Source: Octopus bimaculoides
Taxonomy: Eukaryota
Assembly (NCBI RefSeq): GCF_001194135.2
Contig: NC_068983.1
Coordinates: 60,416,127-60,448,581, forward strand
Length of the DNA stretch: 32,455 nt
Direction: 5' to 3'
The notes under the pieces were generated by a model, which was given only the letters and a program-made list of their open reading frames with translations, did not search any database and was not told the origin of the DNA. Of this stretch, positions 1 to 10,299 are shown one piece after another. Positions within the stretch are counted from its first letter, which is position 1. Each line of letters begins with the position of its first letter. The translations under genes and the position numbers were made by a program.

Positions 1-185
1 TTTTTTTTTTTTTTTTTTTTTTCGTTCGCCCACCCCGTCAAATTACTATTTTTCTTACTTTGATGTTTATTTTGCAATCAATATTCACTTCAAAATGTAT
101 GACAATGACTAACGAGTCACATCTGGGAATTAAAGGTTTCTGAAAATGCTTCAAATGAAAAGTGAGATTATAATAAGTGCCTGAA

Positions 186-186
186 T

Positions 187-231
<45 letters not shown>

Positions 232-400
232 TACATGCATATATAGCGCTGATTCACACCTGTTTAGTTACACAAAATTTCAACCAGTCAGTTTATGAGT
301 TCCTTCATCTTACACACACACACACGGATACATATCCTTTATACTCACATGTGTGTGTATATATATATTGTATGTATGTATGTATGTATGTAATGTATGT
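186..400. repeat. (CA)n / (TA)n / (TATG)n microsatellite cluster
   Basis: Direct reading: (CA)n at about 186-235, further CA, TA and TATG runs to about 400. Explains ORFs 38..232 and 177..428. Confidence 0.95.
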
Positions 401-577
401 ACGTGTGTACCTATTTACTTGTATATAAGTTGCACCTCTAATTTAGTATTAAATCTTGGTACAAAACGTTCCCCCTTCATAGTTTTAGCTTTGTCTTGTT
501 TGTAATTCCCCTCCATTTTTTTTTTTTTTTTTTGCAGTTAAAAATCAAGTCTAAGACAGGGAGACTTGCGAGAAAAT

Positions 578-842
578 ACGATAGATAGATAGATAAGTAG
601 GTAGGTAGGTAGATAGATAGATTAACTGATTGACAGACAGACAGACAGATTGATTGATTGATTGATTGACAAGCAGATAGATAGATAGATTGACAAGCAG
701 ACAGACAGATAGATTGAGTGATTGATTGACAGACGGACTGATTGATTGATTGACAGATAGATAAATTGATTGATTGATTGACAGACAGATTGATTGAGTG
801 ATTGATTAATTGACAGACTGATTGATTGACAGACAAATTGCT
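578..842. repeat. Compound tetranucleotide repeat (GATA/GGTA/GATT/GACA)n
   Basis: Direct reading of interleaved GATA, GGTA, GATT and GACA blocks. Explains the SINQ/SIYL ORF 477..857. Confidence 0.95.
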
Positions 843-1088
843 TTTATTCCATTTCATTGTATGATTTTGTAGCTTACTTCTGAGTTCAAATCCTGTTGCG
901 GATGACTTTTACTTTCATCTATCCACAGGACAATAAAATAAGTTAAGTAATGAATCGACCAAAATCCTACTTGAAAATTGGAGTTTTTGTTTCTATGTGT
1001 AGCAGTAATTCAAAACCTAACCACTAGATATGCAGTCAGACATCACAAGCGAACCACTATAGTTTCGTGTTATCAGTCTACAAACTGA

Positions 1089-1262
1089 CCAATAAGCGCG
1101 AAGCAGCAGCGTAATACGGTTTTCTCAAACGTTCAAGAATTTTGCTTCAGGTTGCCTATAAAAATCGTTTAGCATGTAGCTTAGAGCACTGATGGTCAAG
1201 GACTTCTGTCGCCACTGAGATCTGCAGAGATGACATCGCATATTTTTGAATCGATCGTACGT
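1089..1262 (+). promoter_or_regulatory. Candidate Pol II core promoter and short first exon (speculative)
   Basis: CCAAT at 1089-1093, TATAAAA at 1157-1163, ATGs at 1192 and 1230, and a donor-like GTACGT at 1257-1262, in a CpG-containing stretch with no recognisable repeat. Such motifs are common by chance in AT-rich DNA. Confidence 0.2.
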
Positions 1263-1640
1263 TGTGACACAGATAGCTTTCTATAATTTTTAAGCAATAT
1301 ATATATATCTCTCTCTTCTAGTCAGCAATTATTAATATTGTTCACTGTGATAGTCAACACCAGATGCCTTTATGTCCGGCAATAAATATTGCAGTTAAAT
1401 GTTCGTGTGTTTGCCTCACTTTATTATTCACGCAGCCAACGAAATATGCCTTCATTGACCAACTGAATTCCTGCGTCGGAGGCTCACCATGACGTTTGTT
1501 AGAATTAGTTTTATTTCAAGTGCATTGCCCGTTTGTTTTGTGAATTGACGAAAGCACATTTTGTTCATTGAAATATAGCTCTTTGTTTGCCTATGTATGT
1601 ATATATTAAAAAGAAATAAATGAAAGATAAATAAATAAAA

Positions 1641-2040
1641 GGCGCAGGAGTGGCTGTGTGGTAAGTAGCTTACTTACCAACCACTTGGTTCCGGGTTCAT
1701 TCCCACTGCGTGGTACCATGGGCAAGTGTCTTTTACTATAGCCTCAGGCCGACCAAAGCCTTGTGAGTGGATTTGGTAGACGGAAACTGAAAGAAGCCTG
1801 TCGTATATATGTATATATACATGTGTGTGTGTATGTTTGTGTCTGTGTTTGTCCCCCAACATCGCTTGACAACCGATGGTGGTGTGTTTATGTCCCCGTA
1901 ACTTAGCGGTTCGGCAAAAGAGAACCAATAGAATAAGTACTAGGCTTCCAAAGAATAAGTCCTGCGGTCGATTTGCTCGACTAAGGGCGGTGCTCCAGCA
2001 TGGCCACAGTCAAATGACTGAAACAAGTAAAAGAGTAAAA
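1641..2040 (+). mobile_element. Full-length tRNA-derived SINE (type A: GGCGCAGGAGTGGCTGTGTGG head, internal TA/TG microsatellite, GAAACAAGTAAAAGAGT tail)
   Basis: A-box-like TGGCTGTGTGG and B-box-like GGTTCATTCCC. Body and tail match copies at 7905, 11673, 13896, 21065 and 26283 in this window. Confidence 0.88.
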
Positions 2041-2055
2041 TATATTGGTAATATC

Positions 2056-2551
2056 NNNNNNNNNNNNNNNNNNNNNNNNNNNNNNNNNNNNNNNNNNNNN
2101 NNNNNNNNNNNNNNNNNNNNNNNNNNNNNNNNNNNNNNNNNNNNNNNNNNNNNNNNNNNNNNNNNNNNNNNNNNNNNNNNNNNNNNNNNNNNNNNNNNNN
2201 NNNNNNNNNNNNNNNNNNNNNNNNNNNNNNNNNNNNNNNNNNNNNNNNNNNNNNNNNNNNNNNNNNNNNNNNNNNNNNNNNNNNNNNNNNNNNNNNNNNN
2301 NNNNNNNNNNNNNNNNNNNNNNNNNNNNNNNNNNNNNNNNNNNNNNNNNNNNNNNNNNNNNNNNNNNNNNNNNNNNNNNNNNNNNNNNNNNNNNNNNNNN
2401 NNNNNNNNNNNNNNNNNNNNNNNNNNNNNNNNNNNNNNNNNNNNNNNNNNNNNNNNNNNNNNNNNNNNNNNNNNNNNNNNNNNNNNNNNNNNNNNNNNNN
2501 NNNNNNNNNNNNNNNNNNNNNNNNNNNNNNNNNNNNNNNNNNNNNNNNNNN
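2056..2551. other. Assembly gap (496 N)
   Basis: Run of N. Confidence 1.
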
Positions 2552-2569
2552 NTATATATATATATATAT

Positions 2570-3000
2570 AGGTTATGAGCGATAGTGGTGTCAATTAGAC
2601 CCAGAGGTTTCAGGTAATGCTGAGTAAGTGCTATGGATATACCACAGTTAAGCTCCAGGTTCGGTGATTATGCGAATAAGGGGTCCAACGTAGGTCATAT
2701 ATCAGCATGTGAATATAAGGATTTACTTTTCGTAATGACATAAAAGACCAAGGCTGTGTACATTATAGAACATTTATAAATAGAAGGTCTTACAGCTGTT
2801 TCCAGGATATTTGTTATATCCCTTCATCGGAGACTGTGTGAGAGGATGGTTAAGCAATAGTTAGTTTAGTTAAGATAGGAAATAGAGAGTGATTGTAGGG
2901 ATATTGTATTTGTAAATCCATTGTTTAGGCAGAATGGTATACATATAAGATTCCAATACCTTGTGAGTAAAATCCAACGGTCTTTGAAATTGGTCATTCC
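2570..3000 (-). mobile_element. Penelope-like element pLTR/3' fragment carrying a hammerhead ribozyme
   Basis: Contains the hammerhead at 2786-2835 and starts next to a (TA)n run. Hammerheads in PLE pLTRs are established. Boundaries are approximate. Confidence 0.5.
2786..2835 (-). ncRNA. Minimal type I hammerhead ribozyme (PLE-type, palindromic stem III)
   Basis: Minus strand reads GTCT-CCGATGA-AGGGATAT-AACAA-ATATCCTG-GAAAC-AGCT-GTA-AGAC. Stem I is GTCT/AGAC, the core is C(C)GAUGA and GAAA, stem II is GGATAT/ATATCC, stem III is AC-AGCT-GT. The predicted GUA cleavage falls between 2791 and 2790. Has a U4C change and an imperfect base of stem II. Confidence 0.72.
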
Positions 3001-3049
3001 AGATACAGTGTTTATACACAGTGTTATTGAATCAAGGATTCTGTTTAAA

Positions 3050-3350
3050 CAGGACCCTAGCTGAAGCTCCTCTCCATCTTACCTCTTGTATGCAGCATAC
3101 ATCGACTCTTCTCCTTTCAAACAGCTCTACAATCTTACTAGACCTACCTTTCAGTGTGCCTACACTGACTATGCCAACTCTGAAAACTGGGAAAGGAATG
3201 TGGGGGTGAGGCTTGGAGAGGAGGGATGTTATTCAGCGCCTGAAATGAAGAGGAAGGTTGTCGTGTTCATTTTTTAGGCAAGCTTCACCTGTTCTCACTT
3301 CTGACCTGACATTATTCAAACATTCAAGTGTATTAAGATTGTTGCCCCTA
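3050..3350 (-). mobile_element. RTE-clade LINE 5' end / AP-endonuclease N-terminus remnant
   Basis: Minus-strand 3184-3050 translates FRVGIVSVGTLKGRSSKIVELFERRRVDVCCIQEVRWRGASARVL, the typical RTE endonuclease start (GTLNV..L.GR...V.....R.VD..C.QE.RW). Homologous to 32361-32455. Confidence 0.82.
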
Positions 3351-3489
3351 CTGGAGGTAGGAGTAAGTGTTAGCAGCATTGTAAGCATAAGCATTATGGT
3401 CATCAAAATCAAAAATATACATATATATGTATGTATGCATATATAGACACACATATGTACATACATACGTATATATGTATATAGCTATG

Positions 3490-4200
3490 CATATATGGGT
3501 ACAGAATGTCACAAAACATAAACAAACATGAAATACGAAAATAACATTGGATACACAAGAAACAAGAGAAACAAATGGAAAACAAGACAAGTAACATAAA
3601 AAAACGACCCTTCACCAGTTGTCGGTTGTTCTTCTACTCCTTATTTTGCGCAATCGACGACAAGATGAGACTTTGAAGGTAGTTGCTCCTGCAAACCAAA
3701 ATGAAAAGATTTTGGATTTGCAGAAGGTCAAGGTTGATAACAAAAACAGGACATACAACAAACCAAATGAAACGAATACAAACAGGGAGGGCCATTAGGC
3801 TCAGATGAGGTAAAGTGGCGAATGCTTGAAGAAGATTCTTTGATAAAAGAAAAGAGAGGAGACAGATACAAATGCGTCTGAACTGCACAACAGAGTAAAG
3901 GAAAAGAAAGATGATAACACGGGGAAAGGAAGGATGGATGGTGGTCATGTGTGAGCAACGAGAGAGAGTAAAGGAGGAAGAGAGAGAGAGGGGGGGACAG
4001 ATAGATAGAAAACGGTGAAGGGGAGAAAAAAGGATGAGAGAGAAAACAAAAGGGAGAGCGAGAGGGGGAACAGTAAAGGAAGGAGTAAAAGAAAGAGTCA
4101 TCGATTATGTTAAGAAAAGACTTACTTGGGAATGGATACATGGTGTACAATCAAATAATAATATATATATAAGCATATATAGACACACAATATATTACTT
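3490..4200 (-). mobile_element. Degenerate PLE-related/non-autonomous repeat fragment
   Basis: Strongly purine-rich plus strand flanked by TA runs. The minus strand has CTGGTGAAGGG at 3618-3608, resembling the CTGATGAAGGG hammerhead half seen at 2830-2820. No GAAAC half found. Confidence 0.33.
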
Positions 4201-4544
4201 AACCTCACAACCATGCTAGGTATCTGTTCTCATGTACAGAGGCAAAAATACATTGAACAAATCTATTTTATCTGTGCTGCTTGACGCATCAGTTGATATT
4301 AATCTTCCTTCATTAAAGTCTATTTTTATTTTAATGATTGCAAATACAATTTAGCAAGTGAATATGCTCGTTAGAAACAGTATAAACATCAGTCTCATTT
4401 TCATAAACTGTGACAGTATTACTTGTAAAACTTTAGTTAGTAGCAGAGAAGCAGAAAAATATTGTATTTTAACCACATCGCCATCATCTTCATCATTGGC
4501 GGCAGCGACATGACCACCGTTGTGATCATCGATGTCCTCATTAC

Positions 4545-4749
4545 CATCATCCTTTAAAGTTTGTTATCCATGTCAGCATGGGTTTGATAGTCTTTCAGAG
4601 GACTGCGTTGAAATTCATTGTCTGTTTTTGCTTGGTTTCTACAAGTAGATGCCCTTCCTAATACCAAACACTCCACAGAATTATTCTTAGCTTTTTTTCA
4701 TGGCACCGACATTAGTGAGGTTGCCATATAACGTGCAAGACAAAGACAA

Positions 4750-4784
<35 letters not shown>

Positions 4785-4870
4785 AACTGAGTGAGAGTGC
4801 ATTTTGAGAGAGGGGTGGTGGCTCTATGCTTAGTGTTGAACGGCTAAAATATGAGAGAGCGACAGGCTCA
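4545..4870 (-). mobile_element. Degenerate RTE-like retroelement 3' tail
   Basis: Contains the GATGCCCTTCCTAA..CCAA.CACT motif shared with 23490-23900 and 26975-27350, with an internal (CA)n. Confidence 0.55.
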
Positions 4871-5529
4871 ATCGTCTTCCTGTAGAGGAGATAAAGATGG
4901 TGGTGGTGAAGAGACAGAGCCAACTCCCAACATAAATACAAAGAGAGAATACAGGGAGAGGATCAAGGGGAAAGGAAAGAATGAGTAAGTTCTTAAGAGT
5001 CTGAGAGGAGGGTGAGAGATGGTTAGAGATAGGGTGGCGGTGTGGTTGGTGTTAAATACTAATATGGAGGTAGGGGATATACTGCACAAAGTTGTCGTAC
5101 AACAGATACAATTGTCCAGATTGGCTTCATCTGTTAAAGTTTCTTGTCTTCATTTATACATGTAATCATTTTTTTAAAAAATGGCCATTGTCGTGTGTGT
5201 GCATGCGTGTGTACCTATCTGTATGTCTGTGCCTGTGCTTATGTCTACGCTAGTGTAAGAACCATTGTTGCTTATGTTTATTTTATGCCCTGTAACTTCG
5301 TGGTTCAGCAAATAGATTTTGATAAAATAAATACCAACCCGAAATAAATGCTCTTGCAATTATTTTCTCACAATGCAGAATATTAATCATGTCACAGTGA
5401 CCTGGTCTTCTTCCATATCACTTATTATTTAGTTTTACATAAGTGTTTGGTTAAGTGGTTATAGTATTGTGTGGTCAGGACAGTACTTTAACCTTGTGGT
5501 GTTCTCACTCACAAATGTCTGTTAAAGTA

Positions 5530-5785
5530 AGTTCCTTGGACATCACTGTCTTTGACTCAGGGCCGATAACCCGATCTCCATCATGTATAAATGACTGATA
5601 TCATAACATACTGCCTGAATGGGATACTAGTTAATCTCAGCGTTCATTTACAGCTAAATGGACAAAAGCAAGGTGAAATGAAATGTTTTGCTCAAGAACT
5701 CAACGTACCACCCACTTTGGGAATCGGTTCCTCGATTTTGCGATCATGCATGGAACACCGTAACCATTAAACCGTGCGCTGTCAC
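5530..5785 (-). mobile_element. Old tRNA-derived SINE (type D body, TTGAGCAA..ATTTCAC core)
   Basis: Minus strand begins with a tRNA-like head GTGACAGCGCACGGTTTAATGGTTA, then TTGAGCAAAACATTTCATTTCACC similar to 26070-26100. Confidence 0.55.
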
Positions 5786-5874
5786 AAGTATGTGATGCAA
5801 GTTTATTAATTCATAACACTGTAACATTTTTTTTCTTTTGTCTTCGATCAGTAACAGTTATTTCTTATTTGCTT

Positions 5875-6590
5875 CTATCTAGAAATCAAAAGAAATGACT
5901 GCTATTCCCTTCAAACTGCTTTTGTGACCTTGTCATCAATGTTTTGAAATTGACCTAATTTTCTTTACATTTCAGACAGATTCAGCGTTGAGTGGCTGAA
6001 GCAGAAATATGATTATAGTAAATATTCTGCACAATACCACAAATTTTGTCAGTTGCTTGATTTTAACCACTTGAGCATGTTCCTTTGCAGCTAACAATAT
6101 GTTTAGTTAGTTGGCACTCCGTCACTTACGACGTCGAGAGTTCCAGTTGATCCGATCAACGGAACAGCCTGCTCGTGAAATTAACGTGCAAGTGGCTGAG
6201 CACTCCACAGACACGTGTACCCTTAACGTAGTTCTCGGGGATATTCAGCGTGACACAGTGTGACAAGGATGACCCTTTGAAATACAGGCACAACAGAAAC
6301 AGGAAGTAAGAGTGAGAGAAAGTTGTGGTGAAAGAGTACAGCAGGGTTCGCCACCACCCCTGCCGGAGCCTCGTGGAGCTTTAGGTGTTTTCGCTCAATA
6401 AACACTCACAACGCCCTGTCTGAGAATCGAAACCGCGATCCTATGACCGCGAGTCCGCTGCCCTAACCACTGGGCCATTGCGTCTCCACACTAACAATAT
6501 GTACATCTCTGATTATGAGCAGGAGTAGTGGAGGAGCATCAGAGTCATGTGTTGAGAGGGATTCTTTGGGGTTTGAATAAATATCGTAAA
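5875..6590. mobile_element. Older interspersed repeat (probably DNA-transposon-derived) hosting the SINE at 6103-6490
   Basis: The sequence reads through continuously once the SINE and one TSD copy are removed. Recognition as a repeat is from memory only. Confidence 0.3.
6103..6490 (-). mobile_element. Full-length young tRNA-derived SINE (type C head and body, tail 1) with 12-bp TSD
   Basis: TSD CTAACAATATGT at 6091-6102 and 6491-6502. Minus-strand head GTGGAGACGCAATGGCCCAGTGGTTAGGGCAGCGGACTCGCGGTC...GGTTTCGATTC has A and B boxes. Confidence 0.92.
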
Positions 6591-7399
6591 AGCAAAGTTT
6601 GAAGGAAATATTAGCCATTTTTCATACTTTTTAAGAGTAAGCAAACTGTAAATAACAATTGCTACCCAAAGACAAAAATTGTGTTCCATAGTGTAATCAA
6701 TTTTGAAGTAAATATTATTTTAAAGTAAAGTCTATTTGCCAACATAATGTGGTTGTCCTGGATGGGACGATTGTTACTGTTGCTTAGCCCCAGTAAACGT
6801 CATTTCCAGCTGGCTATATGACACAATATCTGTGTCCTTACATTTTCGAACAGGGAGCTTAGCACTCCCATTCAGCCTTTAAGCACCAGTAAGAATCGTC
6901 TCACTGTTACTGAATATCTCTCTTTGAGAGATTTAGAAATAATCTTTCTGTTTGAATATTATTTTCTTTTCTATAAATTTCAGTTTCAAGGACAGAGTTT
7001 TGATAAAACCAGTTTTCGAACTTAGCAGCAAGCTAATAACTGGGATGGTATTTTTTAGTCAATCCCCTCATTGTACGTGAATTAAGCCATTAATTTAGAA
7101 CAGCTTCATGAAGCAGTCACCTGATACATTACAGCAAAACAGTAATGTAGTTTGATTTTCACAGGCTTTGAATCTGGTAACCACTTTTCCTTTTCTTGAT
7201 ATAAAAGTTTTAAGTTTTGTTTTTGCATCTTCTAAAATAGATCGATTTCATCAACGTTAAACAGTTTTTGTTTTTTAAGAATAGGAACTTCCTTCAATTG
7301 TTTTAGCTAATCGTAGCACAAATTCTTCATCAGCTTCCTTGCACTCGATCCACTTTCATTCTGTAAGCTGAGATCATGAAAAAACCTTCAGTTTATAAC

Positions 7400-7890
7400 T
7401 TTTTCAAGCTATTCTTTTCTACTTGAATTGAGTTCTTTGCAAGGAGGAAAAACATTAAGTGTGAGTCCATTGACGGACCTCTGGAAGTATTGTTTCCACC
7501 ATTGTTCATAATATTGGGGTCCTATAAAACAATGTCATGGATCTTTCAGTACCTTCAAGACTTCTTTCCTAAGCTGCCTGAGGCAAAGGTCAAAGGTGTT
7601 TGTTTGGACATCAAATAAATCCCTGAGTGCATGGAACTCCTTCAGATGCTATAAGAGCAACTTCAAACAGCTTTGTTACTGCGATTGGGTGCTTTCTGGT
7701 CAATCACAAGACAGGGAACCAAATGGAGCTGGTTGGGACCGTGGTGAAGAACTACAGCCAAAAGGGATGCAGGAAATCCTTGAAAATCCAGTCGCTGATG
7801 TTTACTTTGATGAATTCAAGAACATGGGAGCATACTCAGAGGAGCAAAGCATGCGCTTCCGTCAAGATATATTACACTTTGAACGTGAAG
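7400..7890 (+). mobile_element. Frameshifted Chapaev3/CMC-like DNA transposase remnant (C-terminal catalytic region)
   Basis: Fragments VLFPPLFIILG, FQYLQDFFPKLPEAKVK, FLVNHKTGNQMELVGTVVKNYSQKGCRKSLKI and MGAYSEEQSMRFRQDILHFER match the motif series PPLHIKLG / FPKLSEAKVK / GFLGNHK / G..SEEQGERFHQDI..FERRY. The superfamily name is from memory. Confidence 0.75.
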
Positions 7891-7904
7891 GGGCACAACG
7901 AAAA

Positions 7905-8079
7905 CCCCCAACATCACTTGACAACCGATGTTGGTGTGTTTACGTCCCCGTCACTTAGCGGTTCGGCAAAAGAGACCAATAGAATAAGTACTAGGTTTAC
8001 AAAGAATAAGTCCTGGGGTCGATTTGCTCGACTAAAGGCGGTGCTCCAGCATGGCCGCAGTCAAATGACTGAAACAAGT
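7905..8079 (+). mobile_element. 3' half of type A SINE
   Basis: Nearly identical to 1853-2030. Confidence 0.88.
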
Positions 8080-8119
8080 TTTAAAAAAAGGTATTTGTAT
8101 GTAACATGTGCATCTACAC

Positions 8120-8341
8120 CAGTATTTCTCAGCGGTTTTTTTTTTTTTTTTACATTTGGACCCATTTGATTCCTATTTTACTCTTCTGGACCCTCATAGC
8201 CATTCAGTGTTTTAAATAAACCCTATTATATTAGATTCAAATATTTCGTGTATTGCGGAAAGATAACCAATTTATGGCACTTTTTTCTTTAACAACAAAA
8301 TCTTATGTGGTCTCCTAAGGGAACACTGTTGAGAACCACTA
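8120..8341 (+). mobile_element. hAT-type MITE with 8-bp TSD
   Basis: TSD ATCTACAC at 8112-8119 and 8342-8349. Imperfect TIRs CAGTATTTCTCAGC / GTTGAGAACCACTA. An 8-bp TSD with CAG termini is typical of hAT. Confidence 0.85.
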
Positions 8342-8446
8342 ATCTACACTCAAGCAAAGAAAATTGTCTTTGAAGAGAAAGTCTCCTTATGGACAACATG
8401 TGTGAAAAACACACCACTGAACCGTCATTCGAATGTAGGACACGTT

Positions 8447-8824
8447 TGTAGTAACGCCGTGCGCATGCGTAGAATTAAACAACCAAGCGTTCCCGCTCAA
8501 TTCATCCTCTTTCTTGCTGGCCAGCAATAGAGCATGGACGTGTCAAGAAGTGTCTCTAACATTCGAACTCTGGAGACAGTCTCTTTACGTGTTAAGCTGT
8601 CTCTCTACATCTTTCGGACTTACGCTCGACAGCTCGCTCACACCTACATAACAACGTCCCAACAACAGAAGCTGTAACAACAAGAACTAAAGATGTATAT
8701 ATTTACCACCTAAATAAAGTGTTGTTTAAGTTGATAGTCTGGAGTTTAGCGTTCCGTTATATTTCTTAATCTTATATAGGAAAGTCAGGTATACATCTCA
8801 TGATGTATAACCAACTTTCCTATA
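8447..8824 (+). mobile_element. Solo LTR (Gypsy-like), 378 bp, 4-bp TSD
   Basis: Starts TGTAGTAACGCC and ends TTCCTATA (degenerate CTACA). TSD CGTT at 8443-8446 and 8825-8828. AATAAA at about 8713. Homologous in reverse orientation to 17102-17494. Confidence 0.8.
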
Positions 8825-9088
8825 CGTTTATTCTGCGTTGTTACTTTTCATCAGCATTTTTTAGTGGGCTACGAACGATGGATTCTGTACTTGTAACTGA
8901 CGAAGTGTGACAACGCAGAACCAAGTGTCCTACAACCTGATGACGTCGTTCATAACCCAGCTATGTGTGTTTTACATTCATTATTTATAAGGAGAATTTA
9001 TCTCCAGAGACGATTTTCGCAGCGGAGGTCTCGCCACGTTGGAACGTACACAGATGTGCGAATATAATTGTACATACCTATATCTCAA

Positions 9089-9214
9089 ACGGTTATATGA
9101 AATTTCGTCGTGAACATTTTTGCCGTAGGAAAATTCGCCGTTTTTTTCATAAAGTGTGACGTTGAATAAAGACATTCCTATTTAGTACTTTTAAAAACTC
9201 TCTTATCATTCTTT

Positions 9215-9246
<32 letters not shown>

Positions 9247-9296
9247 AAAGTGCTGATATAATACGTTTTATCTAACGGCGAAATTTCCAGACATGG
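9089..9296. mobile_element. Possible small MITE with AAATTTCGCCGT subterminal repeats
   Basis: Repeats GAAATTTCGTCGT and AAAATTCGCCGT at about 9100-9141, with the inverted copy ACGGCGAAATTTC at about 9275-9287. No TSD found. Confidence 0.3.
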
Positions 9297-9789
9297 TTTC
9301 AAACATCTCTGTTTAGTGTACCTCAAATTAAATACGTACAGTGTTTTTTTTTTTTTACCAAACTTATTGCACATTTAGTTTTTACCACGAAATATATGTA
9401 GATTGTGTTTTAAAGTGAAGAGATTTACTACAAAACGGAAAGAGAAAAAATTTAAATGAAGAAAACAAACTTTCGAAATGACAACGGAAGTGAATTATTT
9501 GCTTGAATAAATTTTATCTCGTCTAGCACAAAGCTTTCTCTATTTTGTACGCTGTCATTTCAAGCAAAGTTTTTTTGGTTTGTATTTTTGAGGATATTTT
9601 TTTTCACTGTAAACATCAAGAAAGATTAATTTATTTTACAATAATAGTCTTCTTGGTCTTCTGTTGTAAATTCCATTACATCTAGGACGCATTATAGGAA
9701 TACCAAATCGACACCAGTACTTGACTGTTATTTTCAGTATCTAATTAAGGCATAAGCATACAGCTCGGGTTCTCACCATCCATAAAGGT

Positions 9790-10000
9790 CTCAAGATAAT
9801 TCTTTCTAGTTTCTTGTACAAGGCCAGCGATCATTGAAGGGAGTGGGGAAGTCTGTTACGTCGACGCCAGTGCTCCACTGTACTTATTTTATCGATCCTG
9901 AAAGAATGAAAAGTAAATTCTACCTTGACGGCATTTGAACTAAGTACATAAAGCCCGAAGAAATCCGTCCTGCTAACTATTCCGCCAGCTCACCGCCTTA
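9790..10000 (-). mobile_element. tRNA-derived SINE (type B: AAGGCGGTGAGCTGGCAGAA head), degenerate
   Basis: Minus strand starts TAAGGCGGTGAGCTGGCGGAATAGTTAGCA. Body matches 12714, 16570 and 21555. Confidence 0.72.
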
Positions 10001-10299
10001 GGCCTCAAGATAAATAAAAAGGGTAATCTTCAAGTTTAGGGTTGTAAAAAAAATTAAAATATTCAAGGGAAGTAACTGAACGTCTTACCAGTATTATCCG
10101 TACTACTCTGTTTATAAATAAATCACACACGTGATTTGGTTGAAGTTAACTGTTCATATATAAATCACACACGTCATTGAATATCATAGTACCGGCTGAG
10201 AGATCGAAAATGCCTCGTAGAAGACAGGCTGCACAACAACTTATTGTTCCTGAAAATGAAATACTCACTCGTGAATTAATATTAGAGGAATATTGGAAT

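Noticed and set aside
38-857. ORFs 38..232, 177..428 and 477..857
   Set aside because: Translations of CA/TA and tetranucleotide microsatellites.
1198-1250. Resemblance to U11 snRNA (AAGGACTTCTGTCG ... GACATC ... GCATATTTTTG, Sm-like site)
   Set aside because: Only about 50 nt from the 5' motif to the Sm-like site, too short for the U11 stem-loops, and there is no convincing 3' hairpin. An Rfam U11 covariance-model search would settle it.
1876-2594. Long ORFs spanning N runs (also 18926-19423, 24602-25615, 30620-31780)
   Set aside because: Their length comes from assembly gaps.
7627-8169. 180-aa ORF as a gene
   Set aside because: A chimera of one frame of the decayed transposase read into a SINE and a MITE.
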